From assembly GCA_051362555.1 (NCBI GenBank), contig CM120640.1:35421967-35485966 (forward strand): a DNA stretch of 64,000 nt, read 5' to 3'. A model generated the notes under the pieces. That model saw only the letters and a program-made list of their open reading frames with translations. It made no database searches and had not been told where the DNA came from. Source of the stretch: Lingula anatina (Eukaryota; Animalia; Brachiopoda). The position numbers and the translations under genes were made by a program. Positions 1 to 12,000 of the stretch are shown one piece after another (the first letter of the stretch is position 1; the number at the start of each line of letters is the position of its first letter).

Positions 1-1339
1 GCATACCTTAAAAAGAATTTTGCATTAGGGAGTTCTCAGTTATTTTGGTTTCTGTCTGCTGGTTCTATTAAAGGGAATGTTTGGTGATATGGTACCAGCT
101 TCCCTGTTACTCTTTTTTATTAAAGATAGATAAAATTATCAGGTTTTTCTGTGTTTCTTTTTGGAGAGATACATGGAAGATACCAGCTACTCCCTCTGTT
201 GCCTGTCATGTTCCCCATAAATCAACCCATGTTTTTGGAAGACTTGTTGAAAACTTAAACTGAAAAGGATGTCGATCAGGCCCTTCACCTAATCTTACTT
301 GTAAACATTCGCCAGTGTTGTGGAATGTCTGCTGGTTATCTTCGGGGAGTGAGAGTTCCCTGTATTTATTAGGCTAATAGACACACGTGGCTGTCCTTAG
401 CTGGCTGGCTGGTTAGTTTTACAGGTGTGCTTCGGGGACCGTTCATTTTGTATTCACAGCAGGAGGCCTGCGGTGTCACCGTATACCTGTGCTGGTTACT
501 GGAGGAGTATGTAAAACGATCCACCTTGTAGACATGTATCCTCATCTCCTCCCTCAGTGGAATCTGTCATTTGGTGGTGGTTTCTTCATCATCACAGTGA
601 CACTGCAACCCCCTTGTTGATACAGAACACAAAAGTAACTGGAACTAAATGCATGATGATACAGTTACAGTTAAAATTCTAGATTCTTCTTTACCCCCTG
701 GCTACGTAGTTTAGGTATCTTAAAATGCTGCGGATTATAAGAGGTAGAAATGAAGACTTCTGCATTATTTAGACTATTTTTATATTTTTGCCAAACTATA
801 TCTTGGTCAGGGATTTGATGTTCTCTTAGTCACGAAAGGGGTAGTACACGCAGGACGCACCACTTGGCCAATTGACAAAACATTTCAGTGGGAGTGCCTT
901 GTCCATGCAATGGCCATTACATTACTGTTATGGGAGATGCACTTTGTTTCTGCCTTTACTGTGATAATAGGAAAAGGTATAGAATTAATCCTTGCACATG
1001 ATTCTCCCATTAAGGCTATATTTGTGATATTCCTTTGATCTTATTAACCTTTTTGGCAGCAGTTCTTTTGATTTCATGCCATCTTGCGATTATCTGTTAA
1101 TGACAGATAGTGTATTGTATAGGAGGAAGGTTTGCATGTACCATCAACCCAGCACAAACTGTAGATGCATTAATCATTTATGCAGACTGAAATCTTTACG
1201 CAGATTTAATACCTGTACTCCCCCCCCCCCCTTTGACATGCTATGTATACCTTAGTGTATTCAATGTTATATTTGACTTAGTACTTTTCTTGAATTGAGG
1301 GGAAATGGGTGGAATAGGGGGGGCGATGAAAATCTTGTT

Positions 1340-1392
<53 letters not shown>

Positions 1393-4218
1393 ACACATTG
1401 ATTTGGCCAGTTAGAATACACTGAGCCCAGTGAAGTTAGACTGAGAAACATGTGTTTGCCAAGAGATATTAGGTGCATTACAAACACCTAAGAAAACTTG
1501 ATGTACTGTCAGATTTGGGTTGATTTACGCTCATTACCATTTCCTCCAAAAAGAAAGGAATCAAAGAGGCCATTCTCAGAGACCTACCCTCTCTTCTTCC
1601 AGTTTCCTGACTGGTAGATGATCAGTTCTTACCTTACTGCATGTGTTTCCCTTGATCTAGTTATTTTGACCTTTGTGGTGAATTTTGCTCCTGCCTTAAA
1701 CATGCCTCTATTTATGAGTTTGAAATGAGAGTAGGAAAATGAACACCAGATTCTGTGAAAATTCATTGAAATAAGAAAGAAAAAAAAAAAGAAGAACCCT
1801 GCGTGATGATATGGATACCTCTTGAACCTCTTGCACAGCTTTCCAATTCTGCACTGGCGCTAATTTGATCATCTTACCTAAATCTAGCAGCTGATAATGA
1901 GAAAATTAGTACCAGGCTTTGCAAAAATGTCTTGGATCAAAAGTACCTCCATGATAATACAGATACCTCTCAGACCCTCTTGTGCAGTCTTCCTATACTG
2001 CACTGGCAATAATATGACCTTTTTAAGCTAGACTGGTACCCACAGAGATAATCTTAGGTAAATAGTACTCTCTCCTCGGGGTGTTGGCAGGGAAGAAAGG
2101 CTCTGGGACATCTTCTTGGGTTTTGTTCTTTTTACGGAGTTCTCTGACAAGAAATCCCGATTTTAGATTTATTCGGAGTTCTACTGTCAAAATAACAGTG
2201 CCAGAGAAAATCAGGTGAAAAAGTCTATAGTCATCAAGACTTGTTATAAATTAAATATCATTTGCTTTGTTCCGTTACTTCTTAGAATTTGTTTTCTAGC
2301 TGTTTTTGATCAAGTGTTTATTGCCGTGGGCATTTTTTTTTTTTTTTTCTAAAATAGCAGCAAGAGATAGGTAGAGTGTAGATGTCAGTTTCTTACAGTC
2401 ATGGACAATGCATGTTTGATTACAATCATGCCACATTCTGGCAATGTGGAAGCTGCAACAAAGGCACAAATTCCTGTGCAGGGAGCGTCACATTTTTCAC
2501 TCCGCGCCCGACAATAGCATCTCGCAGCATCTTCTTGTGCCGTTCATCTGTTAGTTCATTGAGCAGTTCCGAAGCATGGAATTGAAATTTTTCCATTTTA
2601 ATCGAGTCAACTATTCATAAAAGGTGACAAAAAATGGGATTTGTATACATTTATTTTGATATTTCCTCCCTTTTTACGCTGTGGCTCTTAGGCGTGTAAT
2701 TTTGGTGTCATCCTTTTTGCCTATCCAGGGGCAATCTCTTTGCTCTACTGCACATGCACAGGTATGCGGACCATTACAGGCTAGTTCCCCTTTTTACTGT
2801 TTGTCACGGAGGGGTTTATTACACAAGTGTCATTTATCTTCATGCACCTGTAGTGAAAAATGCTCTAAATGTTTGCAAAAGGCACAGTATTTGCACAAAC
2901 AAGATCAATAATACAAATTCCCTAGACAAAAATTGTGATCCCAGTCAAACTCTTATTGGGAAAGAAAGTTGGTTTGCTTTAGAAGAAACGATTTAGCAAT
3001 CGCCATAGCAAAAGTATTGCAGAGAAAAAATGGCATGGAAGAATGTTTGGTATTGATGGCGGGGTTTGATAAGGATGCTCTTCTCTGTTCATCAGCATTT
3101 CTGTTTAATTTGCTCTTGAAAAAAGGTGAAAATTGGAAAGGGAGATCCTTGCATTATATCCAGTGACCTGGCTTTTTCACACTTCGCCTGCTCCTGTGCT
3201 TTATCGCCAGATTTCTGAAGGGCTGCTTAAATGAATATACGATTGAATTATGTATGCAAGTTGCACTTTCTCAAAGCATTCCTGATAGGCCATAATAACC
3301 AGCCCCAAGCAACCAAAAGCCCATTCAGCAAACAAATGGCCATGATGATTGGAAGTCCAGCCGCTGGAATACCCCATCAAGCCTCATTGTTTCACATGGA
3401 GAAGTAATCAGAAGCATATCAAGAGTCCGTATTACATGCCATTACTTGGCTCAGTTGCCGAGTTGGAGGGCCAGTGATTTTTGCATTCATATGCTTTTCT
3501 TACCGGTCCTGACCCATGAAAGGGAAAATTTGAATGTTTTACCCTGACCTTTGACTTCTGCTCTGTTCAAAGTTTTGAAGCATTTGTGTGGGGGATGAAA
3601 GGGTAGGACAACAGTGGCCCAACACCAGCGCCTTTCATGTCTTTATCGAAAACTCAAAATGCCTTTCATCGGGCGGCATCTCTTAGGGAAAACAGTTTTT
3701 GTTGGGACATATTGTTCTCCGTCTATGCAACAGATTTCACGCTTTTCCACCTGAACCATAGGGTTGGAACACAAAATAAGGTTTTGATTTACGCTCCTTT
3801 ATGGGCAAGTTTATTTTTCCCCGAATAGGGGTGTTCAGCAGTTGTGTTACAGGATTTAACAGATTGCAGTTGATGTGACGGACTGATACTTTTGATACTT
3901 TCAGCTTTTCAGTGGATGGGAGTGAAAAGATCTTTCCATACTCACACCTGATGGATATATTTAATGCTTGAATGTATAATAAAAATAAATAAAAATCAGT
4001 TGACATAATACTCAAACTTAAAAAAGAAACTAAAAATCCTTTTATTTTCTCCAATTTATCAACAGAATTTTGAAGAAAAAAAGTGACACAGTTAAGACAT
4101 TTGCCACAAACTGGCTATAACGGAGATTATTTTCCGAACTGACCCCAGCTCATTTAATTCCTGATTTCTTCATGCCACTAACCAGTTGTTAATGGCTGTA
4201 GATTGTTCTCTTTTGCAG

Positions 4219-4321
4219 CCTGAAGGAGAAGACAATCTCAAAAAAGTCCAGCTTATGGAGCTAGCCTTATTAAATGGGACATATAGAGACCCAGCCATCA
4301 GAGCTTTTAATCCCTCAACAC
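4219..4321 (+). CDS. qki: quaking/HOW QUA2 exon, variant A ([34 protein letters not shown])
   Basis: ttttgcag acceptor and C|gtaagt donor. 103 nt, phase 0 to 1. Encodes the STAR-family QUA2 signature QLMELAxxNGTYRD. Confidence 0.9.
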
Positions 4322-4399
4322 GTAAGTGTCCGATTAATGCTCATATACATTAATATATGCTTAAAATGTACTAACATCTTGTTAACACAACTCTTTCAG

Positions 4400-4517
4400 C
4401 CGGAAGGAGAGGATGACTTAAAGAAACGCCAACTCATGGAGTTAGCCCTGATTAACGGGACATATCGAGACACCACAAAGCCCCCTGGACAACAACCTTC
4501 TCCGCCTACTTCGTCTC
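4400..4517 (+). CDS. qki: quaking/HOW QUA2 exon, variant B (PEGEDDLKKRQLMELALINGTYRDTTKPPGQQPSPPTSS)
   Basis: ctctttcag acceptor and C|gtaagt donor. 118 nt, phase 0 to 1. Same QUA2 signature as variant A. Confidence 0.92.
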
Positions 4518-6105
4518 GTAAGTTGTCAGTCGGTCAGTAAGCTGCATGGGAACCAAGTAGCTGGGATGCTGCCATCAGTCTGTGCTCGCTTCTTCACATT
4601 TCACCACCAGTTTGGCAGTGTGTGGCTTTAGTTTGATCCTTATCCCGCCTTTTTATTTATTTATTTATTTTTTTTTATCTATTCTTTTTTTAGTGTTTTC
4701 AATAATTGCTTTTGTGGTATGATTTGGATATTTTTTGCTGACCCCCCCTTTATCTTCATATTACACACTATTTCAGCTTGGCTTGGACCTTATAGATGCC
4801 AGATCCAAGTGATTTTTCTCTGATTTCTTCCCACAGTGAAACAGTGATCATGTGTGATGATGTAGAATTGCTGTCAATTTGTGATGAGTTAATGATGATT
4901 AAGTTCTCATTATAAAATAAAGATCCCCTTTTTCTCCCGATTAAGTGACATTTAAAAAGAAAATATGTATATGTTTACAAAAAAAAAAATCTTCTCATGA
5001 GTTTGTTCTAGATAAAAGATAAACATATTCAATAATTTATTTGCATGTAAAAATATGGAAATAAACATTCATTATTATATTTTAAAAATGATAAGAACAG
5101 TGGACTCATTAAACTTGACAGCAGTTCTACACAATTTTAGTTCATATGCATGGTGCAGGATGTTCTTGATTTTTTTCTTTGCATGATTTGTAAAATGGAT
5201 CATTACTATTATCATTATGCTATACGGTTCACACAATATTATTTTATCTGATGTGTCCCCCACTGGAACCTGGAGTTGGTGTTTCAACCCTTTGTATATA
5301 CACATATGTAGGTGTTTAGTAGATTATAGTACCAAACCCAGACTTTGTTCTTTTTCTTTCATAAAGGAACTTTATCCCAGTAGTGCTTTCCTATAGTTTG
5401 GAGAATGGATTAATGAGTTATGAAGAATAATTGTAATTTTTTTAAAGATAAATTTAAAAAAAAAAAGAATAAAAATAAGAACATTACATTAATTTTTATG
5501 TCAATTCTGGAGTAATTGTTTGTATAATCCTTCACAGATTTAACTAAAAATCATCAATGTGTCTTTTTGCTTGTCATTGTCGTTGGATTTTATATCACAC
5601 AGAGTATATATATATTGTGCTGTTGCTGTGATTTTAACATCACAAGACTTTGCTTTACAGAAGCCAGTGGGTTGGTGTGGTTTACTAGGGTGAACCAGTG
5701 CAGTTTATGTGAAGTAACATGTTATCTTTGCTGTTTTATGTGTTCAGTGTCAAACGGATAACCCGGTGATAGTGCTCTGTAATGTCAAGAAGTTGTTTGC
5801 TTTTTGGTGAGAGTTGTGGGTTTGCTCTGGTAACCAGTGTGTGCCCACAGTTGCCTTAGCCATGTGATACTTTCACATTTTGGTAAAAAAAAAAAAAAGG
5901 TTGGGAGTGGAATGAAATAATTCATAAAGGAGAAAATTTTAAGAAAAAATAAAAGGGTGAAAATGACTGTATCAAAAGGTTCAGTTCAGTTTTGAAAGAG
6001 GTCAACTTTGCCATTCTTCTGTTTGACACTGCACAACAAAAAAGACATCTTTTGCATTAAAGTAATAAGCTCGTAGTAGCACTTCAGTGTTGTGTTTCCT
6101 TTCAG

Positions 6106-6525
6106 ATGCTCATACTCGTACATTCGACCCAGCCACGGGACTGATGCTAACACCGAACCTACGAGCTCAAGGGCCAGCAGGAGCGCCATTATTCCTATCG
6201 CCCAGAGGTCTTCCGGGAGCCGGATCCATGCAGACGCAGATCGCTGGCCAGATGGCAAGCCAGTTAGCCAATCACCAGCTAGCGTCAGCTCAGTTAGCCA
6301 ATGCTCAGGCAGCACAGGCAGTCGCCGCCAATGCAGCCCACCAACATACGGTCTTGGGCAGCCCGCCTCCGCTAGTGCCACCTATATCCGCCCCAGAGTT
6401 GTCCATGTCGCCGGGAGGTGGGCTGATATACACTAGCACTCCGTACGATCATTACGCTATGACTCTGGGAGGACCAAGTACGGCGTTGTTCGAGTACCCA
6501 GGGACTGGGCAACCAGGTGGAGTGG
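6106..6525 (+). CDS. qki: quaking/HOW Pro/Ala/Tyr-rich exon (HAHTRTFDPATGLMLTP...GAPLFLSPR...GLIYTSTPYDHY...LFEYPGTGQPGGV)
   Basis: cctttcag acceptor and G|gtatgt donor, phase 1 to 1, in frame with either QUA2 exon. The GAPL.LSPR and GLIY...PY...EYP motifs are typical of QKI/How C-termini. Read-through of the donor ends GMCHFR* at 6545. Confidence 0.9.
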
Positions 6526-8934
6526 GTATGTGCCACTTTAGATAGAAGGACTGGGACTTATGTGATATTTTTCCATTTCCATGTGACTCCAGTTTCAGAC
6601 ATTTTGTTATCTTTTTGTGTGCAAAATGACAATTTTTTTCTTTTTTTTTTTTTTCAAAGAGGTGATTCTTTGGTTATAAGGCAAGCACAGGGTTAGGTCT
6701 GGTTTGAGTTTTGACAGGCAGTGATATGGTGCTCGCCTTGGGCAAAATGTGTAATGGTGGGCCTTTAGTTTGGCCAAGAGACAGCCAGTTTGTGCTATGA
6801 GAAAAAAATGGGTTGTCTTATTCCCATTGGTTGAATTTTGGTGCTTTTGTGGTTTTTCTGTGTAGAGCAACATGTTTTTTTTTTCTTTTGAAAAATTTTG
6901 TTTGTGTCCATTGTGCTGTGTTGCAAGAAATGTAAAATCGCCAAAGCAATAGTCTTCATCTTGAACCACTGAGCCTGTGCTTGACTTGCCCAAGATTCAT
7001 CCATTGTAAGTGGACCAAGAAAGTTGTTGGAAGTATTTGCATCACAGCGGCAGGGTATAAATATATAAAAGATTTTTTTTATTATTATATTTATAGATAA
7101 CACTTCGCCCACATGCAGCACACACATTCCAAAAATGGGGCAGACATTTTTCCCCCCGAGGTCGAATCTGCTGTTGCTTTATTTTTTTCATGAGGAAAAA
7201 CAATTTTGTAGACAAAAGTGATTCTCGTGGTGTAATTTTTTCTGCCAAAGAAATATTTTGTAGCAGAAATGGCCTATTTATCTCTGGGGACCAAATGTTT
7301 AGCAGATGTAAGATATTAATCATTTGGGATGGATATTTTCTTTACCACAAATTTATTAGATTGAAGGGAAGCAATGACTTTACCATACAGTTTCAATGAA
7401 GAGATTCGTTATGGAACATATATGGCAATGCTCAATAGAGATGTGAAACTTGAGATTTGTACTCGAGAATTTTTTTTTTTTTACTGAAAGGATGTTGTTT
7501 AGGGTAAGGGAGGGTATAATGTTGTGAAAAATACAACTGAATTGTGTTTATGGGAAACTGACAGAAAATCAAATGTAAATCAAGCCATCTGCCTAAAGCA
7601 CAAACTTTACAACTTCTTCCATTTTGTCTTCATTTTGCTATGAAGTATAGTTCATATCTTTGTTGTCTTTGTTTGACATCAACAACATGCCAATTTTGTT
7701 GCAACAATATACTATCAAGTATTCATTTAATGTAATGTCTCATTTGCTCTTTTGGCCTTAAATGTGTCATGACATTTAGACATATCTAGTAGATGACATG
7801 TTAAAGTCTTCATGGTGACACATATCCTCAGTGACAAAAATTCATTTTTTAAAAAAAATCTCTCTCTTATTGCAGGTTAAGAGAGAGATGGTCAAGTGCA
7901 ATATTTAAGAAACTGCTGAATTTAATTAAAAGCTGATGAAAAGTTGGTTCGGCTTGGGATTAAGATGTGGCAATATTTTGATTTATGTCAAACAAAGTTG
8001 TTTTTTTTTGCATGCATCTGACCTGGTTTCTTTACCCACAGGAAACTCTACCCAACGTGCTGCCTAGGAAGAGATGGAAGTCTCCCGTTTAACAACTAAT
8101 CAGATGTCCCTAACATTGTTTACTTATATGAATATTGTGCAGAGATTCATGCTTCTTTGTTGCATTTAATAATATAATGTCCTTAGTGTATTATATAGAC
8201 TATTGTAGAAATGGTGATGGTGCATCCTATAGATTTTATTTCATTATCATTGCAGTGATTATTATTTCAATTATTAATGTGTCGTAATATTCAGTTATTA
8301 ATTACTGTGTGTTTTAATTTTTTTCTTGCTTTTCTTAAACAAGTAAATAGCAGTCTTTGTTTTACAGACCTGTTGGTGATAGGGATCCTAAAGCACCACT
8401 TCTTTTAATTAATGACATTTAGTTGTCTGTTTTAATTTACTTGTTGCTTAATGTTTCTTTTTCCCGTACAACTTTATATTTGCTTTTGAATCAGTGGCAG
8501 CTTCTCAGTGGAGTTTTAACCTCATCTGGTGAAAAGTTTTGACCAAAATGACACTGAAAGTCCTCACCATCTTTACCCATCTTTTGCATTTGAATTTTGG
8601 CTAATCTTTGAAACTGTCTGGTGCCAAAGTCTATATAAATGAAATTTAAAACATTACATTCAATTATATTTACCCCAAATTGCCCCTTGTATACAAACTA
8701 AATCCGGAGGTATCTAAGAAATAAATTTCATTTTAATGTTTTTACCACAGAATTTTATATTTAATGTTTTCCCCACATTTCGGCTGGGACTCCCGAATCC
8801 ACAACCATTTATGGTTAAATCCTAATCAAGAAACTGCCACTGTAAGCTTCTTTGTCCCCATAATAATAATAATAATAATCATGTTGTCTTGTATGCACAC
8901 AGTGATATCAAGTCTTGGGCTGTTTTACACTTAG

Positions 8935-9011
8935 GTGCGGTCCCCAAGATGAGGACACACAGTGTTAGTCGTGCTGCCACCCATCCTTATGCAAGGGTGT
9001 CTCTTTCATAA
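8935..9011 (+). CDS. qki: quaking terminal exon, nuclear (QKI-5/How(L)-like) isoform: GAVPKMRTHSVSRAATHPYARVSLS*
   Basis: ttttacacttag acceptor, phase 1, in frame with the exon ending at 6525. The GAV..K.R...R...HPY.R pattern resembles the QKI-5 tail and the STAR PY-type NLS. Confidence 0.85.
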
Positions 9012-12000
9012 CCAGACCCTTGATTGACTGATTGAGGTTAGTTGCTCACACTTACACTTGTCTTTTGTGTGTTCATATATTTTATTCTCTCATATGTTTT
9101 ACTACTGGTGATTGCCACCCTTGGGATTGTGAACAGTGAAGGTCGGTGCCAAACTCACTTTTTGGGGGATAAAATTTTGGCACGGTTTTTCTGTAAATCT
9201 TTTCGTTAAAATTTTTCGTAAATTTTTTGTAAATCTAACCTACAAAACAGGTGATAGAGCACATGACTTGTGTCCTATAAAATCTTTTAAAAATACTATA
9301 AACCTTGCACTACACCATCTGCGCCAGTCTTTTATTAGAACAAACTTTTATATCTGGGTTTGGTGGGGCAGACTTCTGTTCACTGTTCACGATCCCTTGT
9401 GTCTCTCTCAGCTTTCTACTTCACATTGAAAAGGCTGTTGTAGCTCAAGGTTAACAGTGGAACAAACCCAGACTCACTGCTGAAAGCAAAGGTGTATTAT
9501 TCTTAGTATATTTTGGTTGCTATGGTAACATTTTTGGTTGCTATGACTACAATAATACAGTAATTGTTTATTATCGTTATCATCTCACTGCTTTGGTCAG
9601 TTATTTATCATTTGAATTAAAAAGTTAATCATAGTTTTGGGCGGTAGTAACCCAGTGTGGTGTGATTGATTTTAACATTCCTGATGGCAAAGTTGGGTAG
9701 GTAAGTATGTGTGCTACAGCCATTGCTATAAAGAATTGCAGTCAATCATAAGGTGCTTTATTATATTTCTACAAATGTATGTTGGTGTGATGATACCATA
9801 TATGATTTTTGGACTCGTGCTAGAATGATGTTTTTGCCCTTGTTGATTAGCTTAGGTAATTGATCATATCAAGAATAAGCTGGTTAAGTGTATTAAAACT
9901 TTTTTTTTTCAAATTTCTATGAAGAAATTGTATTATTTAAAAAAAAATAGCATCCTAGTATCAGTTCAAGAAGTAGGTTACATCAAGTTCCATTGTATAT
10001 TTAAATATGTATGTTGACCTGCATTGCTGAGTCTACTCAAGGTACAGCCTTTTCAACTATCTCTATACAATTGTGATTTATTGTTATTTTATATGGGATA
10101 TAATTTCAGTACATGCATACATACATGCTAGTTATTTGTCTTATTGTTTTGTACAATTATCTTTTTAGTACTATTTTTAAATGGTCTCTGAGAATCCATT
10201 GTATATATGTTCTGGTAGCAAGTTAAGGGTAATCATTTGTGAAGACCTTGCGCTGTCAGCCTTGTAGTTTGGGATTGTATAGATAAATGTTTTATATGAC
10301 AGGCGCTTCCAAGAAATCCAGTATGAGATTTTACAAAAAATATGCGGAAAGATGTTTATTTTCTATATACATTAAATTTTTTTGCACTTTTTCATTAAGA
10401 TTATCGCATACAATTTTGTAGCTACACTGTTATAGAATCAGATATATAGATATATATATATATATACAATTTTTATTATTATTGTTGAAGAGGCAGGTAG
10501 ATTATAGTATTTCGCTGGTGTTTACATTACGCTCCAGTTGTAATTTGCACTGGAAGTCATTTTATTCCATCAAGTTGATGGTTGTTCTTCAGTATTCATA
10601 AGACCATCTTCTATACCTCAATTTATCTCTGCTTGAGAAGAAAGATGAGAAAAATGTGTTGAATTATTTTTGCTTCACAAACTATCAAGACAGCAAATCT
10701 GTTATCATTGAAATGTTATATTTTTCTTATGAGCACACGAAGCTCTATATAGTGGGCTATAAAAAGAACAATTGTTATGAATATTTTGAATCAAATAAAA
10801 GTTCCCAAGATAAAATAGAACAAAATTCACGTTTTGATTTTAATTTTCATTTCTGAGATCCTGTATTCTTAAATGAATGTCAGTTACTCACAGTTTACTA
10901 ACTCATATGGATATTTTATTTGGCCTTGACTAATGTATATTTCCCACACACAAAGCTTCTTTCACCAATGTCATGCCTTTGTATATAGACTTCAGTGGAC
11001 TTTCAATATAGAATGCTTGCCTTGTTGTAGTCATCTACCTGTGTAGTTATGGGAACTTGCAGATGGAGAGGGAATTTTACTGTAGTCGTACGTTTCTGGA
11101 AAATTTTGCTTAGTTTCCTGACTCGGGCATGAAAATTATTTCAACTGCTATTGCATGTTATTTATGATGCACTCATAATTGATTAATGCAATTCACTGGT
11201 GAAGATCTTAGCAAAGCATAATAATAATCATTGTAAGTTTAATAACATGAGGTTTTTTTTATTACTCATGTATTAGTTATCATCATTATTAATTCATACC
11301 ATTACTTGTGTATGCATTATGATTATTTGCCAGACATGACTAACCTTCTATTTTTTCTCTCTTTTTTTACACTTAACCTTTCGACAGCAACTGGGCACTA
11401 ACAACTACCTCCCGAGTCACACATCTAGGATTTCCGAATTTCCCTGAACTGATAGACTGACTGCGTATGTAACTTTTGGGGGTTAGCTGCCATCTGTCGT
11501 GCCGTCTGCACTGCATCTGACACCAAACTGCTGCGAAACAAAAAAAAAAGTGCGTATGTATGCCAGGCGTCGTTGTTGTTGTTGGGGCCCGCCCACGCAC
11601 AGGCAAAGGGGGAGAACCCGCCAACCTACCATGCATCGCACTAACCACCAAGTACGAACTATTAACTCTACTTAATGGAGTCTTGACTGAGGAGTGTCCA
11701 TGTTGAGCTTAGATCAGCCAGCAGTTAAGTGCCTGTATTAATAATAATAATGAAAGTCTACTACAAGTGTCATTGTGACTAATATGTTACTAACTGTTGT
11801 TGTTGTTAATGCAAAATGCAATTGGATATTTTGTTGTCGATGAAATTATCAAGGTTATCACTACTACTACTATAATTACTACTTCCACATTATATTTACC
11901 TGTAACCCCTTAAATTGTATTATTATTATTATTATCATTATTATTAGCACATACATCATCCTCATTAGCAGTGGTAATTGGTTTTGTATATAATTCTGAT

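Noticed and set aside
1342-1391. 50-nt poly-T run (also poly-A at 37414-37454), considered as retroposon tails
   Set aside because: No adjacent element body or target-site duplication was identified.
1-4218. upstream quaking KH/QUA1 exons
   Set aside because: No KH-domain coding sequence was recognised. The region looks intronic, so those exons probably lie before the window.
5986-6436. ORFs 5986-6381 (-) and 6092-6436 (+)
   Set aside because: Antisense and alternative-frame shadows of the GC-rich quaking exon.
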